This document shows, piece by piece, positions 26,550-37,081 of a stretch of DNA of 64,000 bases. A program made the position numbers and the translations under genes. The stretch lies in assembly GCA_963779755.1 (NCBI GenBank), contig CAVZZO010000003.1, forward strand, positions 1,568,001 through 1,632,000, read 5' to 3'. Numbering within the stretch: position 1 is the stretch's first letter; each line of letters begins with the position of its first letter. The notes under the pieces were generated by a model. It searched no databases. It saw only the letters and a program-made list of their open reading frames with translations, and was not told where the DNA came from. Origin of the DNA: an uncultured Gemmatimonadales bacterium. Lineage in GTDB: Bacteria; Gemmatimonadota; Gemmatimonadetes; Gemmatimonadales; GWC2-71-9.

Positions 26550-29398
26550 TTCGCGCCTTCCCCGCTCACCCTTGCCAGTCCTTCCTTCGCCTGCTGGTCC
26601 AGGTACTGGAGCGAGCTGTCGGCGCCTTTCCAGAGCGCCCGGAACTGGGTATAGGCATCGGCGGCGCCGGCGCGGTCGCCGGCGGCCTCCAACGCCCGTC
26701 CCAGCGCGAGGTCGGCGGAGGGCCGAACGGTGAAGTCGCTGACAAACCCGTTCTGCAGGTGGCGGATTCCATCCTCCCGGGTCTCCGCCCGCGACACCTC
26801 CAGGAGGGCGAGCTCGAAGCGGGCGAAGGAGCTCAGGAAATCCATTCCCATGAGCTGGGCCTGGCGTAGTCCGCCGCGCATCTCCCGGATGGCGGTCGCG
26901 GTATCCCCTTCCAGGGCGCTGGCCCAGCCGCGGAAGGCGCGCGCCGCCCCCTGGACGGTGCTCGAGGTATCCGGCAGAACCTTGAGCCCTTCAGCGATCA
27001 CCCGGCGCGCCTCAGCGGGGCGGTTGTGTGTCAGTTCCCACATTACCCGCGTCCGCCAGGCGAAGGGGTTGTTCAGCGGTACCCGGTTGATCACGCCGGC
27101 CATCGGCCCGGCGAACGAATCGTCCGTGAGGCGTGAGAGCGGGCCGATCAGGTATCCCCCGCTCGCCACCTGCGGGTTCACCGCGCGCAGGCTGTCCACC
27201 ATCGCCCGGGCCTGTTCCACCCGGCCCAGCCCGACCAGCACCGCCGCCGCGCTGATCATCATGTTGGCCCGGGCGGTGGCGTCCATCCGTTTGGCTGCCT
27301 GGCCCAGGAGCGACCCGATAATCGGGGTGATCCGCGGATTCGAGTCGGAGTACTGCGCCATCATGACGCCGAAGGTCGGCCCGGTGCCGGCAGTGGCGAT
27401 CTGACGAAGCGCCGAATCGGTGGCGGCGCCCCACAACGCCTTGCCCGCCAGGGCGTACTCCCGGGTTTCGGTCGAGTCGCCGTATTCCCGCATCAGGGCG
27501 AGGTAGCGATAGAACCGGGTGCTGTCGTGGTCGGCCGCCGCCAGCTCGAGCGGGTGCACCACCGCGGGCACCAGTGAGGAATCGCGCCGGATGACCGAGT
27601 CGAACGCCGCCAGCAGCTCGGCATTGCTGTTGGCCAGGAGCGGGCGCATGTGGTACATCGCGTCGCCCAGAAAGAACCAGCCGTCCACGTCGGCCGGGTT
27701 GGCGGCCAGGTAGCGGCGCAGGCTGTCCACCGTGGACGGGTCTCCCAGCTCGAACAGGCGGTACGCGCCGAGCAGGCGGCGCTCCCGCTCGGGCATGCGG
27801 TCGACATAGGTGCGGGCCAGATTCAGCGCCTCGATGGTTCCCGGCGCCTGCCATCCCGACTTCCAGCCCAATGTCAGGGCCAGCCGGAAGCTGGCCAGCG
27901 CGAAGGTGGAATCGGCGGCGATGGCGCGCCGGAAGGCGGCCGTGGCCGAATCCCAGTCGGCGGAGCGGTAGAGCTGCTCGCCCCGCAGGTACTCGCGCAT
28001 GGCGTCCACCGACGTGGTGGTGAGGGCGCTGACCCGCAGCGAAGGGATGGGCTCGTTCGAGCGCCAGATGTTGCGCATCAGCGCGAGGCTCAGGTCGTCC
28101 ACCAGCTGGAGCACGCTGTCGGCGCTGCCCTCCACCTGCGCCGCCGCCAGCTGCTGCCGGTCCCGGGCGTAGAGCGTGGCGTTGAGCCGGACACTGTTGC
28201 CGGTCGAGGTGATACTCCCCAGCACCACCGACCCGGCACCCACCTTGCGTCCCACCGCCAGCGCGCCGTCCAGGTCTTCATCGCGATTCCCGCCCCGCTC
28301 CCGCCACTGCGCCAGCACCGAGCGGGGCTCCACCGTGCGGATCCCACCCACCGCATTCAGGTTGGTGGAGAGCAGGTCCACCATGCCTTCCGTCAGGTAG
28401 TCCACGCCGGGACCCGAGGTATGGAAGGGCAGCACCGCGATGCTCTCGGCCCCCTTGACCACGGGGCCCCGCGCCCGGCGGCCGCCGATGTACCAGCCGG
28501 CGACGACGGCGGCCACCACCAGCGCGGCTCCGACCAGCCCGATCCGCCAGTCCAGGCCCCGGCGGGTTCCCTGCTTCAGGGCCCGGGAGAACTCGGCCAT
28601 GGTGGCGAAGCGGGCGGTCGGCTCCGAGGCCATGGCGCGGCCGATCGCCTGGTCGACCGGCTCCTCCACATCCTTGCGCTCGGCCCGGACCCGCGGCCGC
28701 GGACCGGTGATCGCCTGGGTGAGCACCGACTGCATGGTGGGGCCGCTGAAGGGCTGCTTCCCGGTCAGCATCTCGTAGGCGACACAGCCCAGGCTGTAGA
28801 GATCGCTGCGGGGGCCCACATCCTCGCTCGCGGTGGCCTGCTCCGGACTCATATAGGCCGGCGTGCCGATGGCCAGACCGGTCCCGGTGAGCTGCTGGCC
28901 CTGGCTGGCCGCGTTGATGGCCCGGGCGATCCCGAAATCGGCCACTACGGCGTGCCCGCCGGAAATCAGGATATTTTCCGGCTTGATGTCGCGGTGGACG
29001 ATCCCGCGCTCGTGCGCGTAGCCGAGCGCGCTCGCTACCTCCTGGGTGAGCTGCACCGCCTCATCGGCGGGCAGCCGCCCTTCCCGCTGCAGTTTGTCGC
29101 GCAGGGACTCGCCCTCGACAAACGGCATGACGTAGTACAGCATCCCCGCGGCCTCGCCCGAGTCGTACACCGGCACGATATGCGGGTGCTGCAGCCCGGC
29201 GGCCAGTTCGATTTCCCGGAGGAACCGCCCCTTGCCCAGAGTAGCCGACAGCTCCGGCCGCAGCACCTTGATGGCCACCTGCCGGCGATGCTTGCGGTCT
29301 TCGGCCAGGTACACCGTGGCCATGCCGCCGGCGCCAAGCTCGCGCTCCACATCATACCGCTCCGCCAGGGCGGCCTTCAGCTGGTCAAGGATCGTCAC
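26546..29398 (-). CDS. Hanks-type Ser/Thr kinase with TM and TPR-like region
   Basis: LGAGGMATVY, HRDIKPEN, DFGIA, GTPAYMSPEQ and IAVLPF motifs. Confidence 0.92.
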   Translation of the reverse strand: MTILDQLKAALAERYDVERELGAGGMATVYLAEDRKHRRQVAIKVLRPELSATLGKGRFLREIELAAGLQHPHIVPVYDSGEAAGMLYYVMPFVEGESLRDKLQREGRLPADEAVQLTQEVASALGYAHERGIVHRDIKPENILISGGHAVVADFGIARAINAASQGQQLTGTGLAIGTPAYMSPEQATASEDVGPRSDLYSLGCVAYEMLTGKQPFSGPTMQSVLTQAITGPRPRVRAERKDVEEPVDQAIGRAMASEPTARFATMAEFSRALKQGTRRGLDWRIGLVGAALVVAAVVAGWYIGGRRARGPVVKGAESIAVLPFHTSGPGVDYLTEGMVDLLSTNLNAVGGIRTVEPRSVLAQWRERGGNRDEDLDGALAVGRKVGAGSVVLGSITSTGNSVRLNATLYARDRQQLAAAQVEGSADSVLQLVDDLSLALMRNIWRSNEPIPSLRVSALTTTSVDAMREYLRGEQLYRSADWDSATAAFRRAIAADSTFALASFRLALTLGWKSGWQAPGTIEALNLARTYVDRMPERERRLLGAYRLFELGDPSTVDSLRRYLAANPADVDGWFFLGDAMYHMRPLLANSNAELLAAFDSVIRRDSSLVPAVVHPLELAAADHDSTRFYRYLALMREYGDSTETREYALAGKALWGAATDSALRQIATAGTGPTFGVMMAQYSDSNPRITPIIGSLLGQAAKRMDATARANMMISAAAVLVGLGRVEQARAMVDSLRAVNPQVASGGYLIGPLSRLTDDSFAGPMAGVINRVPLNNPFAWRTRVMWELTHNRPAEARRVIAEGLKVLPDTSSTVQGAARAFRGWASALEGDTATAIREMRGGLRQAQLMGMDFLSSFARFELALLEVSRAETREDGIRHLQNGFVSDFTVRPSADLALGRALEAAGDRAGAADAYTQFRALWKGADSSLQYLDQQAKEGLARVSGEGAN

Positions 29399-29646
29399 AG
29401 GGGTCCGGGCAGTCTGGAGTCAGAAATCCACAGATTACACAGCTTACGCAGATTGTCGCCCTCAGGCCATAGCCTTCCCAGCGACTAACGCCCCGGCTAC
29501 CTATTAGGTCGTTCAACGCGCGGGACTGCATACGGCCCAGAATGGTTTCCGCCCCGCTCCGGGCCCGCCCTACGCCCGGCACGGCGGGCACCCGCGAAAT
29601 CGGTGTCATCTGTATCATCTGAGTCATCTGTGGACCCACTCGAGGA

Positions 29647-30198
29647 ATGACAGAACTCCCTGACGACCGCAAGAGCCTGCTGGAGCGCCTCCACGAATCC
29701 CATGCGCACTTCTGCCGGACGGTGGAGGGCCTGACCAGCGCCCAGTGGAACTTCGAGGCCACGCGCGAGCACTGGTCCATCTTCGAAGTGACCGAGCACC
29801 TGGCTACGGTCGAAGACCGGGTCCACCGCATGCTGGAAGAGGTGGCCCCCGGTCCTGCCTTGTCGCCGTCCGCCCGAAACCGGACCGCGGGCCGCGATGA
29901 AGAACTGCTCACCACCCTAGCCGATCGGAGCCGGAAACAGCAGGCGGCCGAGACCGTGACGCCCATGGGCCGGTTCGGCACGCCGTCCGATGCTATTATC
30001 GCGCTGGAGAAGGCACGCAACCGGGTCAGCCGCTTCGTGGAAACCACCCGCCGGGATCTGCGGGAATTCGGCAGCCCGCACCAACTGCTGGGACTGCTGG
30101 ACGGCTACCAGTGGGTGCTGTTCCTCTCCGCTCACATGGAGCGGCATCTGGAGCAGATGCGGGAGATCAAGACCACGCCGGGGTTTCCGCACAGATAG
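29647..30198 (+). CDS. DinB family protein
   Basis: WSIFEVTEHL ... HMERHLEQM His triad pattern. Confidence 0.85.
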   Translation: MTELPDDRKSLLERLHESHAHFCRTVEGLTSAQWNFEATREHWSIFEVTEHLATVEDRVHRMLEEVAPGPALSPSARNRTAGRDEELLTTLADRSRKQQAAETVTPMGRFGTPSDAIIALEKARNRVSRFVETTRRDLREFGSPHQLLGLLDGYQWVLFLSAHMERHLEQMREIKTTPGFPHR

Positions 30199-31656
30199 GG
30201 GCTTCCCCTCTCCCGTTCCCCCGGCCCTGAGCCACGTCTCGAAGAAGCCGCTGCCGGAGTCGCTGACCGCCTGCCCCGCGATCCTTCCCCGCAGGTGGAA
30301 CCTCCCCCGCATCTGCACGAAGCGGCGCGTGAAGCCGCCCGTGCCCAGGGCGGTTCCCAGTCCCTCATCCAGATGGAGAACGACATGAACGGTGTCCGCG
30401 CCCCGGGCCGCGGTGAACCTGGCGCTGGTGGGCATGGCCCTTCCGGCCCCCCGGGCCGGCCGCCGGCCCGAATAGGCCACCGTCGGCGCCCGCAACACCT
30501 GCCACAGGCCCAGGGAATCGGTGAGCGCAACGAAGAGCGGCTGCTCGCTCTCGCCGGAGCGATCGGTGGAGTTGAGCACCCGGCCGTAGAGGAAGTTGTA
30601 CCGGGCGCCGTGGGCGGCGCCCCAATCCCAGGTCACATCGCGCCACACCCCCCAGTTGTGGTCGTGATAGGATGCCGCGCCGGTGAACGACCGGCAGCGG
30701 CCGGCGACGCAGAACCGCCCCGTGGCCCGTGCCGTGAGCGCCGGCACCACATAGCCGCTGGGGCGCTCTCCTTCTTGCAACTGCATGGGCGGGAAGTACT
30801 GGCGGTCTTCCGGCTGTAACGTGATGTCGCCGCTCACCCCGGCGCTTCCCGGCAGCCGGAGACGCACCCGGTAGACGCCGTCACGCTGTTCCACGCTGCT
30901 GGCGCCCACCTGGAGATCGGCCCGCGCGGTATCGAACACGACGCCGGCCGGCCCGGCGCTGCCGCTGTAGCGCCGGTAGCTCCCGTCGGGCTGCCGGTGC
31001 GTCACCAGCACCTGCCCGCCCCAGCTGCCCCGGCCAATCCGGCCACCGACCGCCAGAGTGATGTACCACCACTCTTCGGGCCCGGTAACCACATTGAAGT
31101 AGTGCCACTCGCCCCAGGTGGAGTCGTCCACCACCGGCCGGTGGAAATGATCCAGCTGGTCGTAGAGCTGCTGCGGGGTAGGCGCGATCCAGGCGGAATC
31201 CTCCGCGATATCGGCCCAGGCACCGGAGCGGACATCGAGGCCGGCATCCAGCGCGGAGGCGCGGCTGGGCACGGCGGCGCCGGCGCGCACCGGCAGTACC
31301 CGCCCCTCGTGGGCCACATAGAGCAGCTTGCTGTCCAGCAGGGGCGACACCGCGCGCACCATGCGGGCAAAGCGCGGTCCGCCCAGCACCTGACGGGTCA
31401 CGAAGCGGGCCCGGGGAATGGTAAAGAAGAGGCCGGTGAGCCCGCCGGTCCGCATGGCTTCGATATCGATCCCCTGCGGCAGCACGGTGACGGCGCCGCC
31501 GCCCACCAGGGCCACATCGCGCGACTGCGACAGCATCGCCTCGCCCACCGAGAGCAGGACGATCATTACCCCTACCCCCAGCGCAAAACCGGCCAGCAGA
31601 AAGAGCGAGCGGAGCGGCCGGACCACCAGATGCCGGAAAGCCAGCGTCAGCAGCAT
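29917..31656 (-). CDS. MacB-type permease N-terminus fused to a CrtC/AttH lipocalin-like domain
   Basis: LAFRHL..RPLRSL..G...GVG start; WGEWHYFN, YHDHNWG and WDWG motifs. Recognisable protein ends near 30230. Confidence 0.65.
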   Translation of the reverse strand: MLLTLAFRHLVVRPLRSLFLLAGFALGVGVMIVLLSVGEAMLSQSRDVALVGGGAVTVLPQGIDIEAMRTGGLTGLFFTIPRARFVTRQVLGGPRFARMVRAVSPLLDSKLLYVAHEGRVLPVRAGAAVPSRASALDAGLDVRSGAWADIAEDSAWIAPTPQQLYDQLDHFHRPVVDDSTWGEWHYFNVVTGPEEWWYITLAVGGRIGRGSWGGQVLVTHRQPDGSYRRYSGSAGPAGVVFDTARADLQVGASSVEQRDGVYRVRLRLPGSAGVSGDITLQPEDRQYFPPMQLQEGERPSGYVVPALTARATGRFCVAGRCRSFTGAASYHDHNWGVWRDVTWDWGAAHGARYNFLYGRVLNSTDRSGESEQPLFVALTDSLGLWQVLRAPTVAYSGRRPARGAGRAMPTSARFTAARGADTVHVVLHLDEGLGTALGTGGFTRRFVQMRGRFHLRGRIAGQAVSDSGSGFFETWLRAGGTGEGKPLSVRKPRRGLDLPHLLQMPLHVSGEEQHPLVAVQQSQQLVRAAEFPQIPAGGFHEAADPVACLLQRDNSIGRRAEPAHGRHGLGRLLFPAPIG

Positions 31657-31660
31657 CGCC

Positions 31661-32347
31661 CTACTCCCCTCCCCGCTCGATGCGCCCGTCCAGCATCTCC
31701 ACCACCCGCCCGGCCTCCTCCCGGAGCCGCTCCTCGTGCGTCACCACCACCAGGGTCATCCCGTCGGCGTTCAGCCGGTGGAAGAGATCCAGGATCTCGC
31801 GCCCGGTGCGGAGGTCCAGCTCGCCGGTGGGCTCGTCGGCCAGTACCACCACCGGGCGGTTCGCCAGCGCCCGGGCAATCGCCACGCGCTGCATCTCGCC
31901 GCCGGAGAGTTGGGTCGCGCGGTGGCCGGCCCGGTGGCTCAGGCCGACATACTCCAGCAGCTCGAGCGCGCGCTGCCGCCGCTCCCGGCGCCCTGTTCCC
32001 GCCTCCGCCAACGGCAGCTCGATATTTTCCCGCGCGGTCAGCACCGGCAGCAGGTGAAACCGCTGGAAGACAAACCCGATCTCCCGCAGCCGGAGCCGGG
32101 TCAGCTCGCGGTCCGGCAGCCGGTCGAGCCGGGTGCCGCGCAGAGTTACGTGGCCGGCCGTCGGCAGGTCGATGCCCCCCAGCAGGTGCAGCAGTGTGGA
32201 CTTGCCACAGCCGCTCGGCCCCGACACCGCCACGAACTCCCCGGGCCGGACGGCGAGCGACACACCGCGGACGGCGTGGACCGTCTCGCCGTTCATGGGA
32301 TAGTCGCGGTGCAGGTCGTGCGCCTGCAGGACGGGTGTGGCGCTCAC
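31661..32347 (-). CDS. ABC transporter ATP-binding protein (LolD/MacB-like)
   Basis: GPSGCGKS, LSGGEMQRVAIARAL and LADEPTGELD motifs. Confidence 0.92.
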   Translation of the reverse strand: MSATPVLQAHDLHRDYPMNGETVHAVRGVSLAVRPGEFVAVSGPSGCGKSTLLHLLGGIDLPTAGHVTLRGTRLDRLPDRELTRLRLREIGFVFQRFHLLPVLTARENIELPLAEAGTGRRERRQRALELLEYVGLSHRAGHRATQLSGGEMQRVAIARALANRPVVVLADEPTGELDLRTGREILDLFHRLNADGMTLVVVTHEERLREEAGRVVEMLDGRIERGGE

Positions 32348-33534
32348 GGCGCCTCCGCCCGCAAGGTGGCGGCAATGGGAAGCCGGGCGGCGAGCCAGGC
32401 GGGATAGGCCCCGGCCAGCAGTCCCGAGAGAACGAAGACCAGCGCGGCGGCAAGCAGGGAGCCGGGGCGCACCACGAAGAACGAGACCGCGGCGGGGAGC
32501 CCGGGGAACGCCTTGAGAATGGCATCGAGGTAATGGGCGGTCACCAGGCCCAGCCCGGTGCCGATCACGCCTCCGATCACCGTCAGAACCGCGCCCTCGG
32601 CTACCACCTGCCGGACGATATGCGCCCGGCTGAGCCCGATGGCGCGGAGGGTGGCGATCTCCCCCAGCCGCTCGTTTACCGTGACGGTGAGCAGGGTACT
32701 CACCAGTAACAGCGTGATCACCAGGCTGATGGTGCCCAGGATGCGGGAGAGCTGCTGGAAGTAGACCAGCCGCTGGCGGAAGAAAATGGCCATGTCGGCC
32801 ACGCTGTTCACTTCCAGGTCGGGGAACCGGGCGCGATAGCGGCGGACCACCGCGTCGACCTCCGCATCGCTGCGCACCTTCACCGCGATGGCCGAGACGC
32901 GATCGCCCTCGCCGCGGCCGGTGAGCTGCTGCATCACCGGGAAAAGGCCGCCGATCGAGGGCTGGCCGGCGGGGTCGTAGAGCCAGCGCACCCGGCCCCG
33001 GACCACCATTATCCGGCGCACTGCGCCGGCCGCCTGCTGCGGGTCCAGCCGGCCCAGCAGGGTAACGGTGTCGCCGATCGCCAGGCCCGCTTGCTCCTGG
33101 GCGGGCGTGCTCACCAGCAGTCCGGCGGAATCGCCGGGAGCCAGGTCGTGCCCCGCCTCGACGTCATAGAGGAGCCGGGCCTCCGGCAGCACGCCGTAGC
33201 CGAACAGCGTCACCAGCGAGTCGCCGCGGCGCACGAAGACCGCCCCGCCCAGCAGGGGAGCCACCGACGCGACCCGCGGATCCGCCTGGAGCGAGTCGGC
33301 CAGCAGGTGGAACCCCGGGATGGTGGCTTCGGTATCGAAAGGCAGGGTGCCCCGCGGGGAAATTCTGATCTGGTACCCGCGCGAGAGCAGGAGCCGCATG
33401 AAGCTCCGGTCCAGCCCGCCGCCCAGCATGATCATGTCGAGCAGGAGCGCACAGGTCACCGCCAGCCCGGCGAGCGAGAGCGCGGTGCGCAACCGATGCC
33501 GCCACAACGAGCGCACCACCCAGAGCCAGGCCAT
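32344..33534 (-). CDS. FtsX/MacB-family ABC permease
   Basis: VNERLGEIATLRAIG and YPAWLAARL motifs. Confidence 0.88.
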   Translation of the reverse strand: MAWLWVVRSLWRHRLRTALSLAGLAVTCALLLDMIMLGGGLDRSFMRLLLSRGYQIRISPRGTLPFDTEATIPGFHLLADSLQADPRVASVAPLLGGAVFVRRGDSLVTLFGYGVLPEARLLYDVEAGHDLAPGDSAGLLVSTPAQEQAGLAIGDTVTLLGRLDPQQAAGAVRRIMVVRGRVRWLYDPAGQPSIGGLFPVMQQLTGRGEGDRVSAIAVKVRSDAEVDAVVRRYRARFPDLEVNSVADMAIFFRQRLVYFQQLSRILGTISLVITLLLVSTLLTVTVNERLGEIATLRAIGLSRAHIVRQVVAEGAVLTVIGGVIGTGLGLVTAHYLDAILKAFPGLPAAVSFFVVRPGSLLAAALVFVLSGLLAGAYPAWLAARLPIAATLRAEAP

Positions 33535-34365
33535 TCAGCGGCTCCAGAGCGCCAGCGGGCGGGTCCGCACCAGGCGCCAGGCGGCGATGCTCCCCGCGCC
33601 CAGGCCCAGCACAATCGACAGGAGCACGCTGAAGAGGATGATGCCCGGCGTGATGACGGAAAAGACCAGTCGGGTCTGGAAGCGATGCTCGTAGTAGAGG
33701 TTGGTGAGCGCGCCCGCCGCCTGGGCGATGCCGATCCCCAGCGCCGAGCCGAGAATGGCGATCAGCGTGGCCTCCAGGGCCAGCGCGCCGAAGACGGTGA
33801 CGGAGCGGACGCCGATGAGCCGCATCACCGCCGCGTCCTTGCGGCGCTCTTCCACCTTCAGCAGCATGATGCAGAGCAGAAAGACGGCGCTCGCCACCAC
33901 CGAGATCACCGCAATCGCCCGGTGAAACCGGCTCACCACCACGAAGGTGCGGGACGACTGGGAGGCGATGGCCCGGCTGGAGCGCGCTTCGTAGCCGAAC
34001 GCTACCCGGTTAAGCGCCGCGGCCGCGCTGTCGGGCGCGACACCTTCCCGGAGGCCGAGGCCGAACCGGTCCACCCGGTCGGGGGCTCCCAGCAGGCGCT
34101 CCAGGTCGGGCAGGTGCATCTGGAGATGCCACTCCTGCCGGGTGATGGTTGCGGGGTCGGGCGCCGGTTCGTAAATGGCGGCGATGACGGCCCGGGTGTT
34201 CAGCGAATCGGTGCTCGTTCCCAGCGCCACCGTATCGCCCACCTGAAGGTGCAACTCGCCGGCCAGGCGCCGCTCGACCGCAACGGGAACGGCCTGGGCC
34301 CGCGCGGGCCGCGGGCACCAGGCCAGCAGGAGCAAGGCAGCGGCAAGGAGACCGCACTTCCCCAT
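33535..34365 (-). CDS. FtsX-family ABC permease (short)
   Basis: VEERRKDAAVMRLIG motif with C-terminal TM helices. Confidence 0.8.
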   Translation of the reverse strand: MGKCGLLAAALLLLAWCPRPARAQAVPVAVERRLAGELHLQVGDTVALGTSTDSLNTRAVIAAIYEPAPDPATITRQEWHLQMHLPDLERLLGAPDRVDRFGLGLREGVAPDSAAAALNRVAFGYEARSSRAIASQSSRTFVVVSRFHRAIAVISVVASAVFLLCIMLLKVEERRKDAAVMRLIGVRSVTVFGALALEATLIAILGSALGIGIAQAAGALTNLYYEHRFQTRLVFSVITPGIILFSVLLSIVLGLGAGSIAAWRLVRTRPLALWSR

Positions 34366-34413
34366 TCCCGTTTCCCCCTTCCCGCGGTTACGCCTTACGC
34401 CCTACCATGGTAC

Positions 34414-36867
34414 CTACTGGCTCTTCTTTGGTTCCAGGGCGCGGCTGATCGCCGCCTTGACCGTGACCCGAGTCTCGGTCTTCAACGCGTCCCGGAGCGC
34501 CGCTTTGCCCGCCGGGCCGCCGACCTGCCCCAGGGTACGGGCCGCCATACTGGCGAAGATCGGATCGGGATCGGCCAGATACCGCCGTGCCACCGTGGTC
34601 GCCCGGGCGCTGTCCACCCGGGCCAGACGCACCAGAGCACCCATGCGCATGTTCCGGGTTTCCATCGGATCGGTGAGCCGGGCGAGCGCGGCGGCCGCCG
34701 CGGGCTCGTGCCGCCGAGCCAGGAGCTGGACGGCTGTGCCGCGCATCTGCGCCGGTTCCGTCGTATCGGTTGCCGCCAGCAAGGCCTGGAGCACTCCCGG
34801 GTCGGCGCTGCCGGCGTAAACCCGCAGCGCATTGGCCCGAACCGTGAGACTGGGGTCGTGCTGGTACATGCTCCGGGCGCTGTCCACCGCGGCCGCCGAG
34901 TCCCGCCGGGCCAGGACATTGAGCGCCGTGGCGCGCACCATGCTGGACTGATCCTGCAGCGCGGCACGAGCGATCTGCAGCGAGAGCGTGTCCCGATCCT
35001 CCCCCAGTTGCCGGACAGCCTCCACCCGTAAATAGGGCGAATGCTCATTCAGCGCCACGAACTGGCGGCCGTTCACCGCCGCCGTATCCGTCAGGCTGTC
35101 GAGCTGCCGGAGCGCCCAGTTGCGCGCGGTGAAGTCCATATCGTGGCGGGCCATATCGGCCAGCTCGTGCGGCGTCTGGTCCGTCTCGACCGTGCCCAGC
35201 AGCCAGCCCCCTTCGTCGAACCGGAAAGACAGCGGCTTGCCGGGGACCGGAACGGAGAAGGTTTCCTTCGCCTTCGACACCATGATATCCTGGCGCACGA
35301 CCGAATCGGCGGTGATGACGCGGACGGTCACCGGAAAGCGGAACAGCGGGTGCAGCGAATCCACCGTCTGCGTCTGGGCCACCGTTACGTGCAGCGTCTT
35401 CCCCGCGCTGTCCCAGTGGCGGGAGACTTTCACCCGGGGATAGCCGATGCCGTAGGCCCACTGATTGAAAAACCAGTCGAGGTCCCTGCCGCTGGCCTTT
35501 TCCATGGCAACGGCATAGTCGGCCGTGGTGGCCGCCTTGTAGGCGTTGTCCACCAGATAGCGGTGCATGCCGGCCCAGAAGACCGAGTCGCCCAGCAGGC
35601 GGCGCAGCTGGTGGGCCAGCTGGGCCCCCTTGGGATACACGTGTCCGCTGAAGAAGAGCACGATGGGGTCGTCCCCCTGATATTCTCCCCAGACCAGCGG
35701 CCGTTCCTGGTTCCGGTCGGCGGCCATGGCGGACCGCTGCTGGTTGTACCAGTCCCACTGCGCCTCTTCCCGGCCGCGGCTCTTCTCCAGCTCCACCGAT
35801 TCCATATAGGTGGTGAGTCCTTCGTTGAGCCAGATGTTGGCCCAGTTGGCCGTGGTCACCAGGTCGCCGAACCACTGGTGGGCCAGCTCGTGCGCGTTGA
35901 GCCCGCGGCCGCTCTGCTCCGGCTCGGCCGAGGCGGGGTGCAGCGCCAGGTCGGTCTGGGTGGTGGCCGAGACGTTTTCCATGCCGCCGAAGGTGAAGTC
36001 GGGGATCACCGCCTCGTCATACTTGGCCCAGGGGAAGGGCACGCCCAGCACCTGGCTGTAGATCTCGATCATCTGGGGCGTCTCGCCGAAGGTGCGCCAG
36101 GCGGCGAGCACCGTGTCGGGCTTCACCCAGTAGTCCACCGGCTTGTCGCGCCAGTGGTCGTGCAGAATGGCGAAGGGTGCCACCACCACCGAGTAGAGAT
36201 AGGTCGACGCCGGCTGCTCCTGCGACCAGTGCCACACCTTCTGGGCGCCGCCGTCGACCGGCGTCACGCTCACCAGCCGGCCGTTGGAGAGCACCTTCAT
36301 GTTCGAATCGGCCGTGACCAGGAATTCCCAGGTGGCCTTGTCGTTCGACGCATCCCAGGTGGGGACCCAGTTGCGGGTCTCGGTCGCCTCGCCCTGCGAC
36401 CAGATCACGTGCTGCCGGGGCACGAAGTAGATCCCCCGTTCGGGCACGGTGTGATACCTGAGGCTGAACACCACGGTGTCGCCGGGCCGGGCGGTGCGAC
36501 GCAGCCGGACGGTCACCGAGCTGGTGTCGAAGCGGAACCGGAGCCTGCGTCCCGCGGCGTCGGTGGCGGCATCGATGGTCAGGTTGCCGGCGTCCAGCCG
36601 CACAGTACTGGTGGGATGGTCCCGGACCACCAGCGTGGTGGTGACGTCGCCCTGTACCAGATGTCGTGCCGGGTCGAACCGGACGGCGATCTTCTGGTGC
36701 TGCAGGTCGAACGCATGGGGCCGGTTGGGCCAGGTGCGCGGCGGCTGATACTGGCCGACGGTACCGGAAGGAACGCCCTGCGCCGCCAGCGCGGCCGGGA
36801 CGAGAAGAGCGAGCAGAATGAAGGGGGGTCGCATTACCACAACCGTGGAGAGAGACTGCTGGACCAT
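34414..36867 (-). CDS. M1 family aminopeptidase with C-terminal HEAT repeats
   Basis: GGMEN and HELAHQWFG...WLNEG zinc motifs; signal peptide. Start may be the downstream Met (MRPPF). Confidence 0.92.
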   Translation of the reverse strand: MVQQSLSTVVVMRPPFILLALLVPAALAAQGVPSGTVGQYQPPRTWPNRPHAFDLQHQKIAVRFDPARHLVQGDVTTTLVVRDHPTSTVRLDAGNLTIDAATDAAGRRLRFRFDTSSVTVRLRRTARPGDTVVFSLRYHTVPERGIYFVPRQHVIWSQGEATETRNWVPTWDASNDKATWEFLVTADSNMKVLSNGRLVSVTPVDGGAQKVWHWSQEQPASTYLYSVVVAPFAILHDHWRDKPVDYWVKPDTVLAAWRTFGETPQMIEIYSQVLGVPFPWAKYDEAVIPDFTFGGMENVSATTQTDLALHPASAEPEQSGRGLNAHELAHQWFGDLVTTANWANIWLNEGLTTYMESVELEKSRGREEAQWDWYNQQRSAMAADRNQERPLVWGEYQGDDPIVLFFSGHVYPKGAQLAHQLRRLLGDSVFWAGMHRYLVDNAYKAATTADYAVAMEKASGRDLDWFFNQWAYGIGYPRVKVSRHWDSAGKTLHVTVAQTQTVDSLHPLFRFPVTVRVITADSVVRQDIMVSKAKETFSVPVPGKPLSFRFDEGGWLLGTVETDQTPHELADMARHDMDFTARNWALRQLDSLTDTAAVNGRQFVALNEHSPYLRVEAVRQLGEDRDTLSLQIARAALQDQSSMVRATALNVLARRDSAAAVDSARSMYQHDPSLTVRANALRVYAGSADPGVLQALLAATDTTEPAQMRGTAVQLLARRHEPAAAAALARLTDPMETRNMRMGALVRLARVDSARATTVARRYLADPDPIFASMAARTLGQVGGPAGKAALRDALKTETRVTVKAAISRALEPKKSQ

Positions 36868-37081
36868 AACGGGCCCCTGACCTTCAGACCAGTCTCAAGC
36901 GTCTGAACTGCGACACGGCTCCGCCACCACCAGGCGGCTCGCCATCCGCAGCCCCCCACCCCCACAGCAGTTGCTCCGTGACTCCGTGTCTCCGTGTCGT
37001 GGTTTTCAGCGTCTCACGCATACAGGTGCCTGCGGATGCGCGTGGCACGCCGGCCCGATTTTCATTATCCTATGCATCGTC

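Noticed and set aside
34414..36867. M1 aminopeptidase as the lanthipeptide leader protease
   Set aside because: M1 peptidases do process class III/IV leaders, but this one is 23 kb away and has a signal peptide; nothing links it to the cluster.
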